DNA of 63,738 bases, filler included, from Reclinomonas americana ATCC 50394 (lineage: Eukaryota): NCBI GenBank assembly GCA_048213135.1. It is 20 parts of 20 records of this genome, joined end to end, with 100 filler letters (N's around TTAATTAATTAA, not from the genome) between each part and the next. Parts side by side here need not be neighbours in the genome. Positions count along the whole stretch, not along the records: positions 46,895 to 48,436 come from AFZH01020535.1; positions 48,537 to 54,367 come from AFZH01020536.1; positions 54,468 to 56,614 come from AFZH01020537.1; positions 56,715 to 58,472 come from AFZH01020538.1; 16 more parts are not named here. One strand, given 5' to 3'. A model generated the notes under the pieces. It did not search any database and was not told the DNA's origin. It was given only the letters and a program-made list of their open reading frames with translations. This document shows positions 46,901 to 57,208 of the stretch, in pieces (position 1 is the stretch's first letter; each line of letters opens with the position of its first letter). The translations under genes were made by a program, and so were the position numbers.

Positions 46901-48388
46901 CACGCACCGCATCGAGGCCCACTCGCGAATCTTGCGCTGCAGCGTCCCCGACAACGACGACACTGCTTGTGCAATGGTCGAGCCCATGCCTGGAGAAGAG
47001 ACACCATGAATGAGAAGCCTAAATATGATGTGCAGAAACACGACCAGAACGCACCCTCCTCGAGCAACTCGAGAATCGACGGACGACCTCCGCGGCGACC
47101 AAACACCACCTCCATGTCCTTCTGGTTCTCCGTGTCGTTGGCCGGGTCGTTCATGACGCGGTCGCAAAAGTTCTTCCAGTCGTTGGGGAACCTCTCGAGC
47201 ATGTGCTGAATAATTGGCAAGCGATTCTTGCCCGTGTCCAGCAGCTCCTCCAGCGTGTACAAGAACGGCTCGTCGCCAGACGGAATAAAGATGCACAGGC
47301 TCAGCATCTCCTTCACGTTGCGCACCACCGGCATGTCGCTGCGCAGCAGTCCGTCAAAGCACGCCGACAGACGACGGCGGCACTCCCAGTTCTTGGGCGG
47401 GCGACGGCGCAGCAGCGAGACAAAGTAGCGCAGGTTGACGTAGCCGGCGAGGAAGTCGGATCGTGCGGTGTTGCGGATGGCCAGTGCGCGCTTGAACTGA
47501 TTGTACTCCTTTTCCATGATCAGAGATCTGTTGAGGTAAGCATTGAGAAAGGGGAAGTGCCATGATTGTGACCAAGATTTAGAAAAATGTCACCTCTTGA
47601 AAAAGTCGTTGAAAATCATGTTGAGGAAGCGCGCCCAGGCCACGTGGATGCGATTGACGTCGGTCTCGTTGGGAATAAAGTGAAGCGCGAACGACGCCTC
47701 GATCTTGGTGACCTCGTCTGGTGGCGGACCCAGCGGTCGACCGGGTTCGAGCTCCTCCCAGGTGGGATGCACGCCAAAGAGATCCACGTCAGTCGGCGGC
47801 GCCGCCTGCGTCTCGCCCGAGGGCGAACCACCCTCACGACGAGGCGACTGCTGAGCCGCCGCAATGACAGACACACTCGGCTGCGTCTTGCGCAGTCGCT
47901 TGGCAACAGCTGCACTGGCCTTGGACTTGGAGACCGACAGCATGTTGGCCATCTGTGGCGCACCTGTGTGAGCTCCACGACATGCAAGTACGATCAACAA
48001 CTGATAACGACAACAACACACCGTGTTCCACTTGCGCATCGAGTTGAAGCCCTCGACAAAGGCCTTGACGGTGGACACAAAGGACATGCAGAGCAGGAAC
48101 GCAATGCTGCCAGTGGCCGACAGCGTCAACAGGAACACCAGGGCGCGGATGGAGATCATGATGATGATCTGGTACAACTTGGCCGACTCGATCGACTCGC
48201 GAATAATCTTCTCCTCGCTGCGCAGCAGCCAGATGCTGTCGACCCAAAACGTGACCGCCAGCGACATGGCGACAATGAGAATGCGGAAGCCCATTTGCTG
48301 CCACGCGCGCTTGTCAGTGGGCGGCAAGTTGGTGAAGCCCTTGAAGGTGACAGAGACCGACGAGCGTGTCCACAGATGCGCAAAGATC
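43949..48388 (-). CDS. Divergent GT48 1,3-beta-glucan synthase (FKS/callose synthase family); crosses a linker, both ends in gaps
   Basis: GNPFLGSGKSENQ, IDCNQDAYIE, ERTFNT, HYGHPD, GGIS, SEDIFVG, YLQWGKARD, FESKIAGG, SRE, YHSTVGFYLN, RYIMTGRTF; upstream WARF, FPNDWKNF..R, IREWAS.R. Confidence 0.92.
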
Positions 48389-48536
48389 TGCGACACAGAG
48401 GGGTGTGAGGAAAGCATGGCTAATGTCGTACAGTGGNNNNNNNNNNNNNNNNNNNNNNNNNNNNNNNNNNNNNNNNNNNNTTAATTAATTAANNNNNNNN
48501 NNNNNNNNNNNNNNNNNNNNNNNNNNNNNNNNNNNN

Positions 48537-48794
48537 TTTGTCTGCATCACACCCGACCGTCAGCACCTGCTGAGCGGCAGTCGGGACCAAACCGTACGTG
48601 TGTGGTCCACCCCGTTTGGTCTCGCTCGCCAGGAGCTCGAGTGTGCGCGCTCGGCCATGCGCGCTGTGCAAGAGATGCAGCAAGAAGAAGACGAGGAGGA
48701 GAGACGCTGTCTGGTGGAGATTGTGTTGCGGTGCTTCTTGGTCGAAGAGGCCGAGGTCATTGTTCATCGTTGTTTCTCGAATGGTGGTTTTTGA
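48537..48794 (+). CDS. WD40 family member, 3' fragment (copy B)
   Basis: Last blade ITPDRQHLLSGSRDQTVRVWST plus tail ..RRCLVEIVLRCFLVEEAEVIVHRCFSNGGF*. Confidence 0.88.
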   Translation, partial: FVCITPDRQHLLSGSRDQTVRVWSTPFGLARQELECARSAMRAVQEMQQEEDEEERRCLVEIVLRCFLVEEAEVIVHRCFSNGGF

Positions 48795-48971
48795 CTGTGA
48801 TGGTTGTTGCTCCTTGGCTCTTGTATGCTGCAGCAGGGTTCCTTGATGCTTGCTAGGAACTCCCTGCAACTTCGAAGTGAAGTGTCGGAAATTCAGTGTC
48901 CGTCGACGTCTCCCTGCACTGACGCGAGCTCGATCACACACACACACACACCTTCGTCCGCATACAACCGC

Positions 48972-50054
48972 ATGTCTGCCACACCACCTTCTCTGCCATG
49001 TAAATGCCTGCACGGTCGCTCCAATCCCGCTATGGCTGTCGCTGTCACGCCCAACTCCCAGTTCATTGTCACCGGCAGCCTGGATAGATCAGTGCATGTT
49101 TGGTCACTGGCGAGTGGGGAAGAAGTGCGTCGGTTGAAGGAGCACTCCGCCCTTGTGTGGTCTGTCGCCATCTCCGCCGATGGTCAGTATGTCGTGGGTG
49201 CTGGTGGTGACACCGACGAAACGATCCGAGTGTGGTCACTGGCGAGTGGCGAGGAGGTGTGTCAGCTGAAGGTACACGTTGCGCCGGTAATGTCAGTTGC
49301 TTTCACCGTTGACGGCAAGCACGTTGTAAGCGGTGGTGGAGACAAGACTGTGCGAGTGTCATCGCTGGCAGGTGGACATGAAGTACGGCGGCTGGAGGGG
49401 CACGCCGACCGGTTGATGGCTGTCACTGTCACTCCCGATGGTCAGCACATCGTGAGCGGGGGCGTGGACACATCAGTGCGGGTGTGGTCGCTGGCGAGTG
49501 GCGAGGAGGTGCGACGTTTTGATGGGCACGGTGGAACTGTGTATTCTGTCCGTGTCACTCCCGGTGGTGATTGCATTGTCAGCGGGAGTAAGGACGGAAC
49601 AGTGCGAGTGTGGTCTCTGACGAGTGGGAAGGAGGTGCGACGGTTGGAGGGGCACATTGGCGCAGTGTACTCTATCGCTGTCTCCCCCCATGGTCTCCAT
49701 GTGGTGAGTGGAGGCTACGATCAGATCGTGCGTGTGTGGTTGCTGGCAAGTGGCGAGGAGGTTTGGCGATTGGTGGGGCATTCAAGCTTGGTGTATTCAG
49801 TGGCCATCACTCCCGACCTTCAGCACATTATGAGTACCAGCAATGACAGAACCATTCGTGTGTGGTCCACCCCGGTTGGTCTCGCTCGCCAGGAACTCGA
49901 GTGTGCGCGCTCGGCCATGCTTGTTGTGCAGGAGATGCAGCTTGAAGAAGACGAGGAGGAGAGACGCTGTCTGGTGGAGATTGTGTTGCGGTGCTTCTTG
50001 GTCGAAGAGGCCGAGGTCATTGTTCATCGTTGTTTCTCGAATGGTGGTTGTTGA
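48972..50054 (+). CDS. Intronless 7xWD40 family member (copy C)
   Basis: ATG in the conserved CAACCGCATG context; seven blades and the family tail. Confidence 0.92.
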   Translation: MSATPPSLPCKCLHGRSNPAMAVAVTPNSQFIVTGSLDRSVHVWSLASGEEVRRLKEHSALVWSVAISADGQYVVGAGGDTDETIRVWSLASGEEVCQLKVHVAPVMSVAFTVDGKHVVSGGGDKTVRVSSLAGGHEVRRLEGHADRLMAVTVTPDGQHIVSGGVDTSVRVWSLASGEEVRRFDGHGGTVYSVRVTPGGDCIVSGSKDGTVRVWSLTSGKEVRRLEGHIGAVYSIAVSPHGLHVVSGGYDQIVRVWLLASGEEVWRLVGHSSLVYSVAITPDLQHIMSTSNDRTIRVWSTPVGLARQELECARSAMLVVQEMQLEEDEEERRCLVEIVLRCFLVEEAEVIVHRCFSNGGC

Positions 50055-50226
50055 CTGTGATGGTCTTTTTCTTTTGCTCCTTGTCTCTTGCATGTTGTAG
50101 CTGGTACTGTTGGTGCGTACTTGTAACTCCCTGCATATTGATAACTACGAAGTGAAATGTCGAGGTGTACAAAGTGCGTCCTCCCTGCACACACGATCAC
50201 ACACACCTTCGCCCGCACACAACCGC

Positions 50227-51306
50227 ATGTCCGCCACGCCACCTCCTTCTCTCCCGTCCAAGTGCCTGCTGGGTCACTCCAGCATCGTGTGGTCTGTCAC
50301 TGCGACACCTGACGCACGGCACATTGTGAGCGGAGGTGCTGACAAGACCGTGCGGGTGTGGTCACTGGTGACTGGAGAGGAAGTGCGTCGGTTGGAGGGA
50401 CACACTAGTTCTGTGTGGTCTGTTGCCGTCTCTCCCGACGGTCAGTTCATTGTTAGTGCGAGTGGTGACACCATGATCAAGGTGTGGTCACTGGCGAGTG
50501 GCAGGGAGGTGCAACAGATGAAGGGACACACTGCGTCGGTAATGTCAGTTGCTTTCACCGTCGACGGCAAGCACGTTGTGAGTGGCAGTAATGACAAGTC
50601 AGTACGAGTGTGGTCGGTGGAGGGTGGGGAAGAGGTGCGACGGATGGAGGGACACGCCGGCTGGGTGTCGTGTGTCACTGTCACCCCCGATGGACAGCAC
50701 ATCATAAGTGGGTGTATGGACGGCACCGTGCGAATGTGGTCACTTGCAAATGGCGAGGAGGTGCGACGTTTATATGGGCACGTTGGTCAAGGGTACTGTG
50801 TTCGCGTCACTCCCGATGGTGAGTGTTTTGTCAGTGGGGATACGGATGGAACAGTGCGAGTGTGGTCTCTGACGAGTGGGAAGGAGGTGCGACGGTTGGA
50901 GGGGCACATTGGCGCAGTGTACTCTGTCGCCATCACTCCCGATGGTCTCCATGTGGTGAGTGGAGGCTACGATCAGATCGTGCGCATGTGGTCGCTGGCG
51001 AGTGGCGAGGAGGTCCGACGATTGGTGGGGCACTCGATGACAGCGCATTCTGTGGCTGTCACTCCCGACCTTCAGCACGTTGTGAGCAGCGGTGGTGACA
51101 GAACCATCCGCGTGTGGTCCACCTCGTTTGCTCTCGCTCGCCAGGAACTCGAGTGTGCGCACTCGGCCATGCGTGCTGTGCAAGAGATGCAGCTTGGAGA
51201 AGACGAGGAGGAGAGACGGTGTCTGGTGGAGATGGCGCTGCGGTGCTTCTTGGTCGAAGAGGCCGAAGTCATTGTTCATCGTTGTTTCTCCAATGGTGGT
51301 TTTTGA
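50227..51306 (+). CDS. Intronless 7xWD40 family member (copy D)
   Basis: As copy C; tandem unit ~1.25 kb. Confidence 0.92.
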   Translation: MSATPPPSLPSKCLLGHSSIVWSVTATPDARHIVSGGADKTVRVWSLVTGEEVRRLEGHTSSVWSVAVSPDGQFIVSASGDTMIKVWSLASGREVQQMKGHTASVMSVAFTVDGKHVVSGSNDKSVRVWSVEGGEEVRRMEGHAGWVSCVTVTPDGQHIISGCMDGTVRMWSLANGEEVRRLYGHVGQGYCVRVTPDGECFVSGDTDGTVRVWSLTSGKEVRRLEGHIGAVYSVAITPDGLHVVSGGYDQIVRMWSLASGEEVRRLVGHSMTAHSVAVTPDLQHVVSSGGDRTIRVWSTSFALARQELECAHSAMRAVQEMQLGEDEEERRCLVEMALRCFLVEEAEVIVHRCFSNGGF

Positions 51307-51469
51307 CTGTGTTGGCCTTTTTCTGTTGCCTCTCGGTTCTTGTATGTTGTAGCTGGTACTCTTTGGTGCGTACAAGGAGCGCTCTGCGTTTTGATAACAA
51401 CGAATAGAAGTGTCGGAAGCTGTGCGTCCTCTCTCTCACGATCACACACAACTTCGCGCACACAACCGC

Positions 51470-52540
51470 ATGTCTGCCACACCGCCCTCTCTGCCATGCA
51501 AATGCCTGCTGGGTCACTCCAAGCCCGTCATGTCAGTCGCTATCACTCCCAACTCTCAACACATTGTCAGCGGCGGTGTGGATCGATCTGTGCGTGTTTG
51601 GTCACTGGCGACTGGCGAGGAGGTGCGACGCTTTGAGAGACACACGGACACAGTGTGGTCTGTCGCCATCTCTCTCGACGGTCAGTACATTGCGAGTGGA
51701 AGCGGCTTTCTTGACACGACTGTGCGAGTGTGGCGCATAGTGGACGGAGAGCAAGTGCAAGATTTGAGGAGACACTCTTCGACGTCCGTTGCGTTCACCG
51801 TCGACGGCAAGCACGTTGTGAGTGGCAGTAATGACAAGCATGTGCGAGTGTGGTCGCTGGCGAGTTGTGAGATAGTGCGAAGGTTGGAGGGACACACAGA
51901 TGCGGTGAGGGCTGTCACTGTCACTCCCGATGGTCAGCACGTCGTGAGTGGGAGCGCGGACTCGTCAGTGCGGGTGTGGTCGCTGGCGAGTGGTGAGGAG
52001 GTGCGACGAATGGAGGGCGGCGGTGGAACAGTGCTCTCCGTTCGTGTCACTCCCGGTGGTGAGTGTGTTGTCAGCGGGAGTAAGGACGGGATCGTGCGAG
52101 TGTGGTCTCTCGTGAGCGGAGAGGAGGTGCGACGGTTCGAGGGGCACACTGGCACAGTGTACTCTGCCGCTCTCTCCCCCGACGGTCTCCACATACTGAG
52201 TGGGGGTGAGGACGCGACTGTGCGGGTGTGGTCGCTGACGAGTGGCGAGGAGGTTTGGCGGTTGGTGGGACATTCAAGCTTGGTGTATTCAGTGGCCATC
52301 GCTCCGGACCAACAGCACATTGTGAGCAGCAGCAAGGATGAAACCATTCGTGTGTGGACCACTCCATTTGGTCTTGCTCGCCAGGAGCTCGAGTGTGCGC
52401 GCTCGGTCTTGTGTGCTGTGCAGGAGATGCAGCGCGAGGAAGGCGAGGAGCGTTGCTTGGTGGAAATGGCACTGCGCTGTTTCTTGGTCGAGGAGGCGGA
52501 GGTGATTGTTCATCGTTGTTTCTCCCGTGGCGGCTTCTGA
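51470..52540 (+). CDS. Intronless 7xWD40 family member (copy E)
   Basis: As copy C. Confidence 0.92.
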   Translation: MSATPPSLPCKCLLGHSKPVMSVAITPNSQHIVSGGVDRSVRVWSLATGEEVRRFERHTDTVWSVAISLDGQYIASGSGFLDTTVRVWRIVDGEQVQDLRRHSSTSVAFTVDGKHVVSGSNDKHVRVWSLASCEIVRRLEGHTDAVRAVTVTPDGQHVVSGSADSSVRVWSLASGEEVRRMEGGGGTVLSVRVTPGGECVVSGSKDGIVRVWSLVSGEEVRRFEGHTGTVYSAALSPDGLHILSGGEDATVRVWSLTSGEEVWRLVGHSSLVYSVAIAPDQQHIVSSSKDETIRVWTTPFGLARQELECARSVLCAVQEMQREEGEERCLVEMALRCFLVEEAEVIVHRCFSRGGF

Positions 52541-52803
52541 CGCACCGCAACGAGTGAAGTGTTTTGTGTTCTCTCTTTGATTGTCACGATGCTCAGCACA
52601 TGTACGTAGTAAGCTTGGTGAGCAAGGCATTCGCTGTTAGACGTTGCGGACATGCAATAAATGCAATATCAATTCAAAAATTGCCACGCTCGCCGCTGAT
52701 GCACGTGGCCGCAAGTGCGGATCACTAATGCTCCTTCCCCCTTCCTCCCTGGTCCCGTACGCACACACGCACACTATACATTGATCTCGAGCACAGCTCT
52801 CCA

Positions 52804-53220
52804 CTAGCGGTGAACATCGCTGCGGAAGCTGGCGCCGGCGAGCGCCGGTGCCGAGACCACTCGCTTCATGCCGCCGCCTTGGCCAGCCACACGGTGTTGA
52901 TGCACTTGTTCCCACACCGTCACCGGTGTCGTGATCTTCTCGCGGCCACTGTAAAACATCCAGAGACCGAGCGCCGACGCCATCAGACCGAGCAGCAGCA
53001 GCAGCGACGGCGTGGCGAGCAGACGGTCGAGCATGGATGCGGAAGATGTAGGCGAGAAGAGGATGCTCGGCGCCGACCCCGGCGCCACCATCAGCAGTAA
53101 TGCGCAGAGTACGGCGGCGGAGCCGGCGACAGACACACCAATCCCACCCCACGCCAGGATCATGCATTTGATGGTGTGCACCAGCAGATTGAAGAATCCA
53201 GTAACGTCACGCAAGCGCAT
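52804..53220 (-). CDS. Small single-exon membrane protein (2 hydrophobic segments), unknown function
   Basis: 138-aa ORF with host-like codon use, MRLRDVTGFFNLL..LLLLLGLMASALGLWMFY..KRVVSAPAL. Confidence 0.55.
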   Translation of the reverse strand: MRLRDVTGFFNLLVHTIKCMILAWGGIGVSVAGSAAVLCALLLMVAPGSAPSILFSPTSSASMLDRLLATPSLLLLLGLMASALGLWMFYSGREKITTPVTVWEQVHQHRVAGQGGGMKRVVSAPALAGASFRSDVHR

Positions 53221-53435
53221 GATGATCGACAACGACAGCAAGACGAAACGGAGGAGAGGGACAGCACCAGTCCACACGCACTCGCGAGGGCGAGGAGGAA
53301 GGATCGACACGGACGATAGGACAACTCGACAAAGGAATCGTCGCAATCGGTCAGCGGAAATTTATGGAGTTGAACGGCGGCGAAACGCAAAAACACATCT
53401 ACTCTCTTCTACGACTACGGATAGTTTCGCCGCAA

Positions 53436-55099
53436 CTATGGCTTGTAGGCCGAATGCAGCGCCACGATGCCGCCGCTCATGAGATTGTTGTACGAGACGT
53501 CGACAAAGCCGACGTCACGAAGCATGTTGACGAATCGATCCTGCGACGACAGCCATATTGAGGAGGGGGAGGAGGAGGCTATGTGGGAGGGAAAGGAAAG
53601 GGGGAAAAAACAGACGCTACCTGGTCGGGGAACTTGCGAATGCTCTCCACCAGGTACTGGTACGAGTCGCGATCGTTGGCCACCATTTGACCCATCAGTG
53701 GAATCACGTTGAACGAGTACGCATCATACAGCTGGTCCAGCACCGGCCATTGCACCTGACTGAACTCGAGACACATGAAGCGACCACCGGAACGCAGCAC
53801 CCGCTTCGCCTCCTCCAGCGCCCTCCTCGTGTCGGTCACATTGCGCAAGCCAAATGCAATTGTGTACACATCGAACGAGTTGTCGGCAAACGACGACAGC
53901 TGCTCGGCGTTGCCCTCGACCCACGACATTGAGATGCCGGAGTCACGCGGAGGCAGCTGCTGCTCGGTGGCCCGACGCTGCCCGACCTGCAGCATGTTGG
54001 CGTTGATGTCGCACACGACAATCGAGGTGGCTTGCTCGGCGGCCTCCGGGTACGTGGCCACCTCGCGCGCAATGCGAAACGCAATGTCACCTGCACGCCC
54101 AGGCCCACGTGAGGAGGAGGAGGAGAAGGAGAAGGAGGAGGAGGAGGAGGAGGAGGAGGAGGAGGAGGAGGAGAGGAGGAGAAGGAAGAAGAGGGGGAGG
54201 AGGAGAGGGGGAGAAGGAGGAAGAAGAGAAGAAGAAGAGGAGGAGAAGGAGAAGAAGAAGAAGAAGAAGAAGAAGAAGAAGAAGAAGAAGAAGAAGAAGA
54301 AGAACAACGAGAACAAGGAGTGAAGAAGAACAACGAGAACAAGGAGTGAAGAAGAAGAAGGAGGAGCNNNNNNNNNNNNNNNNNNNNNNNNNNNNNNNNN
54401 NNNNNNNNNNNTTAATTAATTAANNNNNNNNNNNNNNNNNNNNNNNNNNNNNNNNNNNNNNNNNNNNAAGAAGAAGAAGAAGAAGAAGAAGAAGAAGGAG
54501 AAGAAGGAACAAGAACAAGAAGAAGAACAAGAAGAAGAACAAGAAGAAGAACAGAAGACCAAGAAGAAGGAGAATAAGAACAATAAGGAGGAGGAGGAGG
54601 AGGAGGAGGAGGAAGAAGAAGCAGACAGCAGGCAACGCACCAGTGCCACCAGCGACATCCAAGAACGCCCATCCCGGCTGCGGTGCCAACTGTGCAATCA
54701 TGGCATTCTTCCATGCCCGATGCACGCCGCCACTCATCACATCGTTCATCAAGTCGTACCGGTCGGCGACGCGGTCAAACACGTTGCGCACAAGTCGCTC
54801 CTTGCATGCCAACAACATGAGGAGGCAGGCAGCAAGACAAGGAATCACACACACAAAACGAAATGCGCACCTTGTCTGCCGACGGCACGGTCTTGAATCC
54901 AAAGTGCGTCGACTCCAGCGGTCTCATGCCACTCTGCGGCGACCACTGAAAGTCTGTGCGCGTGTCACAGTGAGCGTGAGAGATGCGAGTGAGTGCGAGT
55001 GATGCCATTACCTGCATCGTCCTTGTCAACACTGCTCATCCGTCGACGCAGAGGCACACCGCGACGAGAGAGCGGCGAAACAAGTCGCGTAAGGAGCAT
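53436..55099 (-). CDS. COQ5: COQ5/UbiE ubiquinone-biosynthesis C-methyltransferase, mitochondrial; crosses linker 54368
   Basis: Arg/Ser-rich presequence [106 protein letters not shown]. Confidence 0.96.
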
Positions 55100-55167
55100 C
55101 GGTGAGCCCAATTGAACCTACAGGCACTTCGATGATCCGCACTTCAATTGGACCCACGCACGCACTC
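55100..55167. promoter_or_regulatory. Very compact bidirectional promoter (COQ5 / PDRG1-like)
   Basis: 68 nt between divergent ATGs; contains the inverted pair CCAATTGAA (55108-55116) / TTCAATTGG (55143-55151). Confidence 0.55.
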
Positions 55168-55638
55168 ATGGAGGCAGAACTGTTGCGTTTTTTCACTATG
55201 CGCGTCTCTCTCTCTCACTCCTTAGCTTACGTCCTCCTTGCAAGATTCGACGCCATGGTCCGCATCGAGCTGCTCACTGAGCAAGTGCACACCTTGCGAC
55301 GCGAGATGGACGTGTACCGCGCGCGCTTGACCTCTGCGCACCACTCGCTCTCCTCCATGACAAGCACAAGTGGAGGCGCATTGTTCACTGCATTGGGTGT
55401 GCACGCGGGATACGCGCGATTGCCCGTGTCGGTGGTGCGTGGAGCATGTGAGCGGGACCGCGAGGAGCTGGAGGGGCGGTTGAACGAGGCGCAGAGGAGT
55501 GTGGGCGAGAAGGAGACCGAGTTGCGCATGTTGGAGCAGTGGGTGGTCGATCAGACTGCGGACTCGCACGCGCCACAGTTCCGCTGGTTGGCGGAGCTGT
55601 CGCCGGGGGATGTGCGCGCCTTGTTGTGGCAGAGATGA
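55168..55638 (+). CDS. PDRG1-like beta-prefoldin subunit
   Basis: Coil-hairpin-coil: RIELLTEQV..LFTALG..YARLP..CERDREELEGRLNE..K..L, tail LAELSPGDVRAL; resembles PDRG1 as recalled. Possible short intron from 55182. Confidence 0.6.
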   Translation: MEAELLRFFTMRVSLSHSLAYVLLARFDAMVRIELLTEQVHTLRREMDVYRARLTSAHHSLSSMTSTSGGALFTALGVHAGYARLPVSVVRGACERDREELEGRLNEAQRSVGEKETELRMLEQWVVDQTADSHAPQFRWLAELSPGDVRALLWQR

Positions 55639-55710
55639 AGTACATGTATAGGCAAGAACGAAGTCCGAGACTCTCTGTCTGTCTGTCTGTCTGTCTGTCT
55701 GTGCGCGCTG

Positions 55711-56978
55711 TCACTCGTCGGTGGCGGGAGGAGGCGAGGGTGCTGCTGGTGGTGATGCAGCGGCGGCGGCGACGACGACGGAGGGTGACTCGCGAGAGGC
55801 TGTGGAGGGCGAGCGCACTGGTGACTCGGGCTCCACGGAGAGCGACTGGAAGGCGTCGACCACAGCGTCGCCGGAGAGAGTGCGCTGCAGGGGTGCAGGC
55901 GGGGCCAGTGGAGCGGCGGCTGCCACAACAGGAACAGAGGCAGCAGCAGGTGAAGGCGGTACTGCGCTTGCCGAGGACGCTGCTGGTGATACCAGCGGTG
56001 GCAGCGACGATGCGCCTGCGGTGGCCACGGCGGGTGCGGGCGGCAGAGGAGTGGCCATGGCCGGCAACCGCGGTGCCTTGTCCATGTGTACCTCGGGCAG
56101 GCGCTCGTGTACGAGGTGGTGAATGGCCTCGGTCGACTCCTCAAACGAGTGGTTCGAGAAACCGCACAACCGAGCGTACATGCCCTCTGCGTGGCGGCGG
56201 CGGTGTGTGAGAAGCGGACGAGGCACAAAAAAACACAAAGAGCACACACACACCTGGTTCCGATGCATCAATGAGAATGTTGAAGAGTTCCTCCTTGGAG
56301 GTGGCCGCCGCAATCTGCTTCCTCAGATGCTTCTCGTGCAGCGGCAGCAGTCGCTGACCCAACGAACGCAAACACAGCTGCATGAATGTGTCGTCATCGC
56401 GCGCCTCATCCGAGGTCACGAATCGCCTCCACATGGCCAGCAACTGGTCGTAGTCCTCGCCGTATCGATCCAGGTCCCTGGAAGGGAAGAAGAACGTACG
56501 GAATTTGAATGCGGGAGCGGGAGAGCAGGGAAAGGAGAGAGAGCTGTCAATCGCAACTGTTGGAACAGAGCCGACAGTCGCACCAGCAGCCGCTCGGACA
56601 GCTCCACTCGCCATNNNNNNNNNNNNNNNNNNNNNNNNNNNNNNNNNNNNNNNNNNNNTTAATTAATTAANNNNNNNNNNNNNNNNNNNNNNNNNNNNNN
56701 NNNNNNNNNNNNNNTCACACACACACACACACACACACACTCCCCTCTCACTCTCGCTCCCTTGGACATATGACTCACCCCTGTCGCCGACGCAGCGCAG
56801 GCCCGCCAATCCCATGCTTCTGCGCACGCAGACACACACAAAGAGTCGCTTGAGTCTCACATAAGAGCTTCTCTTTATCTTTATCGCTCTCAACTTGCAC
56901 CACAAAAGGTCCGGTTTCGTAGAGGTTGGTCCACCACCGCTTGCCCTCAGTGGTCGATAGCCAGAACCAGTACACCAT
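55711..56978 (-). CDS. Uncharacterised multi-exon protein with Pro/Ala/Ser-rich tail (linkage of the 56780-56978 exons across the gap is inferred)
   Basis: Spliceable coding blocks DLDRYGEDYDQLLAMW.., GMYARLCGFSNHSFEESTEAIHHLVHERLPEV.., stop at 55711; putative start MVYWFWLSTTEGKRWW at 56978. Confidence 0.5.
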
Positions 56979-57208
56979 TGTCGAGCAACACGTGTGAGGA
57001 AAACGCGATCGAAAACGCAGCTCTCACAGTGATTGTCCACGAAGTCGACGTTTTCCTATCTCTTCCGTTTTTTCTTTCTGTGAACGATGATAAAGCATAT
57101 GGCAGTCTCGCTTACTCTCTTTTGTCAACGCATAATCCCGCAGCAAAAGTCAGAAAAGCGCGACGTCTGTCCTCCTTGTTAGAACGCACTCCGTCTCGTC
57201 ACTCAAGC

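Noticed and set aside
46113..48408. Plus-strand ORFs of 245 and 273 aa opposite the glucan synthase (and similar shadows opposite USP, SEC16 and the WD40 genes)
   Set aside because: Antisense shadows of GC3-rich coding exons.
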